DNA of 46,708 nucleotides from assembly GCA_051941275.1 (NCBI GenBank), contig JAVEBF010000028.1, positions 1 through 46,708 on the forward strand. Direction: 5' to 3'. Below, piece by piece: positions 26,560 through 37,564 of this stretch (the first letter of the stretch is position 1; each line of letters begins with the position of its first letter). Below the pieces are notes generated by a model, which saw nothing but the letters and a program-made list of their open reading frames with translations, did no database searches and was not told where the DNA came from. A program made the translations under genes and the position numbers. The DNA comes from Dirinaria sp. TL-2023a. Taxonomy: Eukaryota.

Positions 26560-27157
26560 GCTTCCTTGGAGGCTTCAGTTAGCCATAGCGACGGCGTTTG
26601 CTTTGCACGGGGAACTCAAGCACAAAAAATAGAAGCATCAGTAGACTATCCATTCTATATCAATGACCTTCAAGTCATACCTCATTGTATCTACAGTAGG
26701 GTACTTTAGGTACTCCACGCTCCAATTAAAAATCACTCAAGTGTACATAAGCAATAACAGCCCAATCGGCCTTTCTTCGGCCGGCGCAGACCGGCCTGAG
26801 ACCTCGGCAAGCTGCCCGTTCTCATTATTCGGTCATCTCATAAAAAAGCCCGCTGCTTCTAAGTTTGACCATTCGCGATCTGTTGCTCGGCCAAAATACC
26901 ATTGAAAACCACGCAGATTCGACCGAAGGACCAAGCCGGTGTTTGTTTGTTTGCTCCGCAAGTTTGTAAGCCTTGTGATGATGGCTAGCCTTGAGAAGCA
27001 GCTCTAGCGCTTGGCGCAACCAGCTCAGCCTGAAACTTTCCCTTGAGAATGTGGAGTTGTTTGTCCATCGGGTCACAGGAGAGGCAATATTGTTCCGGTT
27101 CGCAACGAAGTCCTCTCTGACAGTTTGCCGCCGGCGAATCTGCCTGGGTGCGCGGCT

Positions 27158-29735
27158 ATGGCCTCAGATGGCTACTCCACGATGGCCCGAGACAGGACTG
27201 TAAGGTCTCCGCAAAGTAAGTCAGGGAGTTTTCCAATCAGTCTCTGTTGCACTAAATGGATTCATGATGGGCGTGGAATTAGGTTCCTCAGAGCCTTCCG
27301 CTGGGTCTCAAGTGCCCCCAAGCCAGCCCGCTGTCCGGTTTGCGTCTAAGGATCAAGAGATCGAGCCGTCGCATAGTCTCCAAACAAGTGCCACGATGGC
27401 GTCAGAAAAGTCCCAGAAAGACACTGAAATCAGTCCGGAAGCTCAGGAGGAGATAAGGAGTATTTCAAGAGGCTTGCACAACTCGCAGCTGCAGCAAAGG
27501 CGATTGAGCAATTTCGCGTTTGAGCCGGTCTCCTTACCTGTCTCAAGAGTGAGTTCAAGCACCGGCTTAAGTCCTCATCTTGGCAGCTTCGATGCAAAGC
27601 CTCTATACAATCTCGAATTAAAGCTGATCCTACGCACAGGTGCCAACCAACGAATCCAGTCAACCGCAGTCTTTGAGAGACAACAGGACCACACCCCGTC
27701 TTTCGCCGACCGTCTCCCCAGCCGAAGACGCTGAGCCTAGAAGGAGCTCCTCCGGCGCAGATCTCACCAAGCTCCATCCAGATTTCAGGCCTCCTCAAAA
27801 TGGAAGCGCGTCGGAGAATGGGACAACTCCCAGTTCACGGCCTTCATCTGTTTCGGGCCAAATATCTACACGGCCTACTACGCGCTCGCGACAATCAAGC
27901 GGTGGGGATAATATTCCTAAGGTTGGAGCCTCTTCAACCGAATCTGGAAACTATTCAACAAGATCTTCTTGGGAGCATAGCCCTTCGCGAACATCTGCAA
28001 GTGGTGCTGGTACTGTGACGCCTCCTACATCTTACAATAGACCCTTGACACCGGCCGGTGACAAAGACGATCCGTATGCGAGGAGCAGAAGGCCGCCACA
28101 GTCCAAGAACCTTGATACGATCGACGCTCGATTTGTCTTCGGTGGCATTGACAATCGCCGTAGGTCTGCATACGTTCCAGGAGCCTCGTCGTCATCAACA
28201 GCTATCCCCAGATCGAGCAGCGGGAGTGATCTGAAGTCGCAGAACAGACCTCAATCATTCTTTGGTGGCAAGAAGGAACATTTCGGTCATCTTCATGATG
28301 AGGGTTCTTCCAGCCTGGGCGGGAAGCAACACGGCTCTATGAGTGAGCTGAAACGCTTCTTTGGTATAGGCGGCCATCATAAAGACAAGGCCAAGCGGTC
28401 TCAATCGCCGTCAGCTATGGCCAAGAAGACTGCAAACAGTACAGGCACGAGAACTCCACCGCACCAGCTACCGGCTGCTAATGTGCCATTCGCCGATGAT
28501 CACGGGTTAGAGACCAAATACGGCAAATTTGGGAAAGTACTTGGATCCGGCGCGGGAGGCTCCGTCAGGCTTATCAAGAGGTCTGTGGATGGTGTCACTT
28601 TTGCAGTGAAACAGTTCCGTGACAGGCACGCTTTCGAATCGGAACGGGAATATTCTAAGAAGGTCACCGCAGAATTTTGCATCGGATCTACATTACATCA
28701 CGGTAATGTTATTGAAACCTTGGATATCGTCCATGAAAGAGGTCATTGGTACGAGATTATGGAGTATGCGCCGTATGACCTCTTTGCGATCGTGATGACT
28801 GGCAAGATGTCCAAGGAGGAAGTGGCTTGTTCTTTCTTGCAGATTGTGAGCGGAGTAACGTACTTGCATAGCATGGGACTTGCGCATCGAGATCTTAAGC
28901 TCGATAATGTTGTCGTAAATGAATACGGCATCATGAAACTCATTGATTTTGGCAGCGCAACTGTCTTTAGGTACCCTTTTGAAAATGACATTGTGCTTGC
29001 ACATGGTACGTTTGCAATTCAGACTATCTATGTCTACCAGATAGACGTCTGTAAAGCTGACTATTTATAGGTATTGTTGGATCCGACCCCTATCTGGCCC
29101 CCGAGGTCTACGATAGTCCAAGATATGATCCGCAACCAGCCGACATCTGGTCCTTAGCTATCATATTTGCGTGCATGTCGCTCCGCCGCTTCCCTTGGAA
29201 AGCTCCTCGTCCAACCGACAACTCCTTTAAGCTGTTCTCGGCACCTCCTACGCCAGGTACACCGCCAGCCGACGCAGCAGCAGCGCGGAAAGCTTCTGAA
29301 AGGCGTTCAGTATTGGGAGCACAATCGACTCCAGGATCTTTGGATTCTCGTGGAAGCTCCGCTGTGAGCACCAACCAATCATCAGATGCCGAGAGGAGTG
29401 AACACCGACATCATCACCATCACCGCAACCATCAAGATCATTCTCAGGAAATCGCGGATCGCCCCTCTTCCACAGCCACTCCTGCCAAGGAGGTGTTGAG
29501 GGGACCTTGGCGCTTACTGCGTCTCTTGCCGAGAGAGACACGAAATATAGTAGGACTGATGCTCGAAATCGATCCCGCACGCAGGGCCACGCTAGAGGAT
29601 ATGATGGCTGACCCGTGGATATCACAAACCGCAGTCTGCAGCCAGATCGAAGGAGGAAGGGTCATCAAAGCCGAGGGCCACACTCACACCCTCGAGCAAG
29701 GCACAACTGTAAGTGCGGCGCATAGCAAAGACTGA
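27158..29735 (+). CDS. Ser/Thr protein kinase of the NPR/HAL family (Npr1/Hrk1/Oca2 subgroup), about 784 aa, 4 exons
   Basis: Exons 27158-27215, 27283-27548, 27640-29005 and 29071-29735, in frame. Kinase motifs [53 protein letters not shown] and FPWK, after a long Ser/Pro-rich N-terminus. GAGG and HRDLKLDN fit Npr1/Hrk1 rather than Hal4/Sat4. Exon 1 and the start codon are less certain. Confidence 0.88.
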
Positions 29736-29858
29736 GGTGGCGTGGGTATTTGAAATGCGTGGATGGATTCACAGTGGCAAGTTGAACTAGGCGCAAAGTA
29801 ATGAGTCCCACTTTTGCTGGTGCTTCCTTTGTATACATTGAGTCACCACGATTTGCTA

Positions 29859-29894
29859 ATGAGTCGGCGCCTGATGAGTCGGCGCCTGATGAGT
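29859..29894 (+). repeat. 15-bp direct tandem repeat (ATGAGTCGGCGCCTG) x2.4
   Basis: Sequence atgagtcggcgcctg-atgagtcggcgcctg-atgagt, downstream of the kinase stop codon. Confidence 0.9.
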
Positions 29895-30544
29895 TTACGC
29901 CTCGTCTTATGTTCGAGTAGCATGATTCTACAAGCTCAAAGAAGGCGACTGTCTCAAGAATTAGCCTTTTGTAGATAGTCCCAAGCATAACCCTGCACAC
30001 AGATGCTCGCATATCTGTAGCCACTACCTAACAGTATTTGAGGCTGCTCGGATTTATGACTAGAAGTCAAAATGATTCCTTCAGACTTCGTAGCGAGTGA
30101 TCACGCGTTGCGCTGGACGCTCTGGACAATCCTATAAGAGACTGCTTTTGAGATCAATTGATAATTCCAACAAGATGACCTTGGACAATGTCATGATTCT
30201 ACCCCTTTTTGGCACACCTGTTGATTTATGATGGTGATGCAAATTGGCCCCCAATGATCAGTGAAGAGCAGGCTACGGAAAGCACTATCATATGACTTTG
30301 CGGCTTTAGCATGAAATGATATTATGAACACAGCACCAGTGAACACCTTCGACCCGGGGGGCAGTCCTTGACGACATGGTTCGAGTCCAGAGAACTTAGA
30401 ACTGTATCTAAGGCACAAGGCCACTCGGGCAGCACACGACATACAAGACTTTTAATCGGTATATGCTGTGGTTTTGGTGCAACTACATCAGATGACGCTC
30501 AAGACTATAAAGGTGAACCTGAATTTAATGTAGCCTGTCCTGCA

Positions 30545-33500
30545 ATGGCGCGAAAGGCTCGCCAGCGCATAAGTTACGGTAGCATTCCCAACTCTGCTAC
30601 ACCCAAAGCCCTTCCCAAATTTCCAAGCACGAGCTTACATTTCAGTTCCACTCAGTCCTGCCACTCGCCAAGTCCTCTGAAGGCCATAGACTTGGCGTGA
30701 ACGGCCTTGCGGTTGACACCGATCAACCGATCCTGTCTGTATACTCACACTATTTATATGTCGTAGCTTTGCACTGATCACTTCCTAGATACTCAGGTGG
30801 CCGGGACGGTGTCATTTGTGCCTGGAACCTCAAATTAAACCCACGGAAAAGTGAACAAGAATCTCTTAAACTCTCATTATCCATTAACGATGCAAGTCCG
30901 AAGGATCCGGGGAAGAAGCAGGCCAGGTCCACCTTTCGTAGCCAGGTGCAAGCCCATACTCACTGGATCAATGATATCGTCCTCACCCAGAGCAACGCAG
31001 CACTTGTCTCGGCGTCTTCCGATATCACAGTCAAAGTTTGGCGGCCACACTCGGAAGAGCGAGGGCTGCCTAGCACTATTGGCCTCCACGATGACTATGT
31101 CAAATGTCTAGCCAGCCCAACAGAGCACTCAGACTGGGTGGCATCTGGTGGGTTGGATCACAAGATTCGATTATGGGACCTGAATGGTGGTGGGGAAAGG
31201 TTACAAATTGACGTAGGGGAGGATGACAGTAATGCCAAAGGCTCCATTTATGCACTCAGCGTTCGGGGTTCTGTCATGGCCAGTGGAGGCCCCGAGAGCA
31301 CTGTGAAGCTGTGGGATCCGAGATCTGGCAAGCGAATTACCAAGTTCGTAGGACATACGGACAATATAAGAAGTATACTTATCAGCCAGGATGGGGACAC
31401 TGTTCTGACAGCATCATCTGACCAGACTGTCAAAGTTTGGTCTGTCACGGCTGGCAGATGCATTTATACTCTGACCATGCACAATGCAAGTGTGTGGTCG
31501 CTCTATTCTGACCACCCTCGGTTATCGGCCTTCTATTCCGGTGATAGATCAGGTCTCGTTGCTAAAACTGATATTCGTGGTAGTGATGACCTGGATAGAG
31601 GTTTATCCTTGGCCATCGCTCAGGAGCACGAAGGTATTAATAAAATAGTGGCATCACGGGATCACTTCTGGACAGCTACTTCGAGCTCGAGTATTAATCG
31701 CTGGGAAGACGTGGATCTTGATAGCGTATACTTGATCCCAGATTCACCGAAACAGCCACGTCAGCCGAGCTTCAGTTCTCGTAGCAAGATACCACCCTTA
31801 GCTCCGCAATCATCAAGCTCGCTCTCCAACTCCAGTCAGCCTCCGGGAATACCACTTCACAGCATACTGCAACTGTCCAGCGGCGCTGGGTACCTCTCTC
31901 GAGGTTCGCGTGATGGCGAGGTCGCCACAAGTTACCCAGCAGCAAGTATCAGAAAGTTGTCAGAAGCGGTTTTAGACCAAGAGCTGGAAGTGGTCACCCC
32001 TGTCAATGAGCTCCCTCAAGAAACAATCGAGGGCCAAAACGGCTTGATCAAACACGTAATTCTAAACGATCGTAAAAGAGTACTAACCCTTGATACAGCG
32101 GGCGAAGTCGTGATGTGGGACTTACTCAAGGTTTGTCATATGATTCTATATGTATTGCCTGACTGAAAATTCTTAGTGCGTGCCGATTCAATCATTCGGA
32201 AAGCGGCATTTAGAAGATGTTGCGCCAGAGGTGAACACTACCGAAAGCGTTGCCAATTGGTGTGCGGTAGACACTCGGACCGGGAGACTCGCCTGTGCGC
32301 TGGAGGAAAACTACTGTTTTGACGCCGAGATATATGCAGACGAATTGGAATCATTCAATCCCACTGTTTTCAAGGAAGACCAAAGAAGTGAGTCAGATAT
32401 CGGCGTCTATTCATTTGGATAGGCATTATTTGACATGATCCAGCTAACACATCCTCAAAGTAAACCTCGGGAAATGGATAATTCGATATCTTTTTGCGGG
32501 TCTAGTCAACGAAGAGCTGAAGCGAGATGCCATGTATCGCGAAGGTTTCGCTAATCAGCACCCCCAGCGTACTAGGCGAGACAATGCACCTCCCGTCATA
32601 CAGCTTCCGCCCCGTCCTGCGCACATAGTAGAAGATGACCAGGTTGATGGTGGCTTCCACATTACTTCTCGAGCAGCGAACGGAAATTCGCATACTGCAA
32701 CGACTCCAGGGCTTTCGATAGGAGTGGCCACGCCCTTCCCCAGAGCCGGTACCCAGCCAAATTCTACAAATAGTCAATTACCTCGCTCAAGTGAAGAGGC
32801 GACCACGCTTGAGAAGAAGACATCACATGCCATCCAGCCAAGAGTCTCCACGGATAAAGCAGGAGATTACTTCTCCGCGCCGCCAGCCCCACAAAGCCCT
32901 GCGGACAACGCAAAAGGCCCAACAACCCCCGGGGATTCTTCACTCGAAACAGCGAATCCACCCGCAGCCGAAGCGGACAAGGAAGAAAAGTCTAAGGAAG
33001 GCAGCTCGCTCTTTGGGAAAAAATTCCGCATGAATTTTCCCAAGAAGCTAGGAAGGACATCCGTGGACGCAAAACCTCCAGTTGTAGATGAGAAGTCCGA
33101 AACATCGGAAAAATCAGAAGACAAAGAAGAGAAGCTTGTCTATGATAATTTCTTCGGGTCCGTTCAGAAAATAAGGCACGAGTACAGTGAGCAGCTGCAG
33201 TTTAATCCAAACCGTCCACTCCAATCAGGCATCACACCCAGCCAGCCGAACGAGACGCCGGAGCTGAGATTGCCACCGAACACAGCCGTTATCATACAAG
33301 AGGATAGACCTGATGCTGGTGGAGTTGCAGATCTGTACCGTGGTACTGTGAGTTCCGTTGGTCGCGAGGTAGACCTAGTTGAGCAGGCAGGTCCAATGTG
33401 GCTCGGTGACCTACTCTTACGTGTATGATTGTATGTTGGCAAAATACGTTCGGCTTCCACTGATTCTTCCAGAACCAAACTCCAGTTAAAGAGATATCGA

Positions 33501-33986
33501 AGGTGTCGTTTTTCCTACTTCCCTTTGAGGACCTTTTACCAAGTATTGCCAGTGCAGATGGGTAAGTTTCGAGGTCTGCTCAGTGAGCATGTTGATTATG
33601 CTGAATCGCTTAGTAATTCGCGCCTGAATGCAAACCGAATGCTGCGAGCAAAGAAAATTCTGGCGTACGTTGCAGAAAGAATCGATCCGCAGCCAGTAAT
33701 ACAGGAACCGGATGCGCTAAAACCGGAGGACTATCTTGAGCTCTATTGTCAAAATCAGGTAATTGAGGGCCGACCGCTCATTTTCATCTTATGCTGATAG
33801 ATGCACTCCAAGGTCGTCCCCCCTGACACCACCCTAGCGACTTTACGAACGCATATATGGAAGACCGCAGGGGATGTAATGTTGTATTATAAATCGAACG
33901 GAAGAAAGCCGGAACTGGAGCTGAGAGCTTCGAACGATCAGAAACAACAGGAAAGACCCACGAGCAGCGACTCGCAACGCATCTAG
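30545..33986 (+). CDS. WD40-repeat deubiquitinase cofactor, WDR48/UAF1 (Duf1/Bun107-like), about 1011 aa, 8 exons
   Basis: Exons 30545-30578, 30656-30734, 30789-32130, 32177-32387, 32461-33422, 33473-33561, 33614-33758 and 33813-33986, in frame. N-terminal [29 protein letters not shown] and WD repeats [25 protein letters not shown]. Also INLGKW and the C-terminal [37 protein letters not shown] region. Confidence 0.88.
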
Positions 33987-34146
33987 TCTCGGGTTGGCTA
34001 TCTTGTTCAGTGGAAGATGTCCTCGTAGTTGGATATGTGAAGGAATCCAGTTGACCGCAGAATCGGCGTGTCCAGCGCTCAGGAATAGGCTGTGATTGAT
34101 GTCCGAAACATCAAGAGGGGGGCATCTTAAAGGCATGGCGAAAATG

Positions 34147-35113
34147 TCACGAGATTCCCTGTAATGTATTATAAGCCCATTGATAGCTACCTAAGAAGAT
34201 AGCACCGCCGGCAGATATCCACGTAACTCGGGGTACAATGCCCGCAAAGAAAGCCCTTGGGCCTGCTTCTGCCCACAGCTGTCTTACCAGAAGCGCCGAG
34301 GTCTGCCGTCCCCTTTCCAGCATCATTCTTGTTTTAAGCACATCTAAAGGCGTCGTCACACCCGCAGCTACCGCTCCGGCAACACTGCCAAAGAAAGCAC
34401 TCTCTACAGCAGATATGCCTTGTTCATGCCGCGCGCTCTTTCTCCATTCCTTCATCCCTTCCCAAAGCGGGAACTGTATCATCGTGAACGGGACCTCTCT
34501 CATCAAGGTAATATTCCAACCCCTGTATATCTCTCTCCACAGCCCCCCAAACCCAATGCTTCGCCTCAGATCCAGGATCGACCTGAGAGCAGCCAAGGAA
34601 CTCGGTGCCTGCACCGCCTGTGCCCTTTGCTTCACAACCTCCGTCGGTACCCTGACCGCGCACGCGGCAACTTCACCGACTGAAGCGGCGATCATATGCT
34701 CTACCGGCTCCGCCCAGTCACCGGGTAGCTGTGACGTGCCAACAGCAGCTAGCTGAGCATCCGATTCTCGTTTTCGCTTCAGAATCGATTTGATCGACTC
34801 GTAGGAGACGAAGAAGAGCGCGGCACCGGGAGCAGAGCCCACCAAAGCGGAGCCTACGCCGGCGTAGACGCCGCGAAAGCCGCCTGAGCCGTAGAAGCCC
34901 GCGGACGATTGGAGGCGGGTTTTGAGAGTGTCAATTGGGTAGAGAGAGAGGTCGACTGTTGTGCCCGCCACGGCGCCAGCCTGGGCTTGTTAGTAAGCGC
35001 AATCGGGCGATGGAACATACGGTGCTCAGAAGGTGAAGGAGGTGATCAGCTTTGTGGTATGGGGGACTTACAAGTAGCGCTTGTGTGTATGGGCTCTTAA
35101 CTTTGAATGCCAT
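34147..35113 (-). CDS. PET8: Mitochondrial S-adenosylmethionine carrier (Pet8/Sam5, SLC25A26-like), 291 aa, 2 exons
   Basis: Exon 1 35113-35072 (MAFKVKSPYTQALL), intron 34981-35071 (GTAAGT..CTAAC..CAG), exon 2 34980-34147. Three carrier signatures PIDTLKTRLQ, PTEVVKQRAQ and PLDVLKTRMM. GSAPGAALFF, REVPFTMIQFPLWE and WISAGGAIFLG are typical of SAM carriers. Confidence 0.9.
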
Positions 35114-35612
35114 AGTGCCTAAGGTAGGTATTATCTGAGGATGCACAGATTACATTTTTGCTTGGGTTGAAGGGATCAAAGCCCAAGTTTTTTAACAGCA
35201 ACAGCCATTTCAAGGCTCAAAATGTGTAATCTTGGCCATGGTCGATGGCATCAGATATAAAATTCTCTGCAATGGGAAGGAGGCTTGTATCTATGATAAT
35301 TTGGCACTAGCGGAGAAGCTCCCGGTAGCCCGACCTCCCTATCGAATAGAAGCACATTATGATACAGTAAGGTAAGGTAGCTTAGGTACTTAACCCTCCA
35401 ATGCGTGGGCTCTACCTTAAAGTACCTGGGGTATTATCCAGCAATATATGACAATCTTTCTGTTTATCGTTACTTTTGAAACTCTGATCCCTCTCTAGTG
35501 GAATATCTTAGCATATTCCCCGTCATGCTGCTCAGCTGAATCACTCCTCGGAGAACTCAACAAGCTGGGCACGAGTCTTCCTGGACTTTGATACCTCCCT
35601 ACCTCGTGTCTG

Positions 35613-37564
35613 ATGCTAGGTCGATCCCTAGCTCTAGGCAATGCACTATCGCATGAAGCAATATCCAGGAGCGAGTTCTATAATGCTTTCAAGAATGTCT
35701 GGAAGCGAATTGACGGGCCCGGCGGTGGACCCAGGCCCACTATTGGTGAGTGTACCTAGCAATCAGACACCAGTAGCTGAACTGATAGCCTTAAGGCCTT
35801 GCGATTAGCGGAGGCGTCGACTCAATGGCTTTGGCGACACTATGTGCGGACGTGAAGCAACCTCGTTCAGTGTTCCGGCCCAAGTTTCATGCCTTTGTTG
35901 TCGACCATGGAGCTCGTTCTGGGAGCCGCAACGAAGCGGAGGCTGTCGCTGCTCGGCTGCAAGATCTAGGTATGTAGTATGAGCTGCAATTTGAGTTATT
36001 TATTAGAGACTGACCTCGCCAAGGTTTGCGATCAACGATACTTACCTTACGATGGCCATTGGGGGTACGACCAGCGGAGCTCAGCAATTTCGAAACCCAG
36101 GCTAGGAGATTACGCTATCGTGCGCTTGGAGTAGCTTGTCGAAACCGGAAAATACGATCCCTCATATTGGCTCACCATGCGGATGATCAGGCCGAGTTAA
36201 TGCTGATGAAGATTGCACAACTCGGCCAGCACAGTCGGACCTCGCGACCCATGGCTGGGTCACACGTGAACCTCCCAGAGACTTGGGGCATGTATGGGAT
36301 TCATGAAAGCGGTCTACAAGAGTACCAAGATACTATTCTAAGATTACGTCGAGAAAGTGGTGCAAGTACGGTGCCACCATTCCCGCAAGTTCCACCACCA
36401 GAGCAGCCCAGCCGCGGAAAAGATGGCTTGCGAATTGAGGATGGTGGAGTTAAGCTTTATCGACCGCTGTTGCAATTCTCGAAGAAAAGCCTCGAAGCAA
36501 CATGTCTGCAGCATGGAGTTGCGTGGTTTGAAGACGAAACGAACCGGGACGTGACGCTCACTCCTCGCAATGCCGTGCGCTCCCTTCTCGAACAACGAAA
36601 GTTACCTGGTCCGCTCTCTAGAGATGCCTTGCTCCAATTAATGTCTTCCATAGAAAATAAGCATACTATCCTCAACGGTCATGCAGAGGCGTTGTTTCGG
36701 CGAACCAAAATCCTTACTTTTGACCTACGTTCAGGACGCTTAATTGTACGTTTACCAAGACTAGGGAAACGGCTTCAGCAAAGAATTCCCCAAACAATTC
36801 AGGAGAGAGGGCGCGCAAAAGCCAAGATCAGGGCTGCAATGCTTCTCAAGAAGCTAGTATCACTTGTGACACCTAAGGATTGCGTACTACTCTCCGGCCT
36901 GGTTCCCATGGTCGACTGCATGTTTCCATATCTTGTCGATTTAGATCATCAGGTGGTTGATGAGGCACTTGCGCCTGCGAAAATGACTTTCCAAGGCGTC
37001 CTGGTAGAACGCGTGAAGATTCCGTTAGAGCCCACCAGCTCAGATGTACAACCCGAGAATACCGGTTTTACTGACTCCGAGTCCATCTGGTCATTCACAA
37101 GGCAACCATATCCACGAGTTTCCGCGCGACCACAAATTACTATTCTGCCTCAGCGTTCTCCAACGGAGTCATATCTGCACGGGCAAAGGACGAGGAAGTA
37201 CAACGGTGAAATTGGCTGGTCACAGTGGCAGCTTTGGGACGGCCGATACTGGATCCGAGTCTTCAATAAGACAGATAAGTATCTAAACATCCGAAGCCTG
37301 ATAGAGGCAGACATGGCCAGGATTAAGGAAAAGTTGCCTCACGACAAGTTTGAGAAGCTTCGAAAAACCCTGGCAGCAGCAGCGCCAGGCGTTGTTCGCT
37401 GGACCCTTCCAGTTATCGCCGAGGAAGGGGATTTGGGAGAAGTTCTTGCGTTGCCCAGCTTAAAATTTTCTACATATGATCGACCGGTCGCAATGTTGTG
37501 GGAGATCAGGTATAAGCATGTCAACTTGGGGCCCACTAGAGATGAGAGTTGCATTATTAGGTGA
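35613..37564 (+). CDS. PP-loop ATPase, tRNA(Ile)-lysidine synthetase (TilS/MesJ)-like, probably mitochondrial, about 615 aa, 3 exons
   Basis: Exons 35613-35745, 35796-35969 and 36024-37564, in frame. Motifs GLAISGGVDSMAL (PP-loop), FVVDHGAR, ETQARRLRY, LAHHADDQAE, YRPLL and WFEDETN..PRNAVR, with a C-terminal LWDGRYWI...RWTLPVI region. Confidence 0.85.

Noticed and set aside
28500..29250. Calling the kinase HAL4/SAT4
   Set aside because: The glycine loop GSGAGG and catalytic loop HRDLKLDN match Npr1/Hrk1-type kinases, not the Hal4/Sat4 pattern as I recall it (GxGAFG, HRDLKPEN). Symbol left blank.
29871..29910. CTGATGAG resembling a hammerhead ribozyme core
   Set aside because: No GAAA after a stem II and no stem I/III pairing. 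The motif arises from the 15-bp tandem repeat.
30330..30400. tRNA gene around GGTTCGAGTCC
   Set aside because: The T-stem pairs only 3 bp and I found no acceptor stem or anticodon arm. Kept only as an orphan B-box finding.
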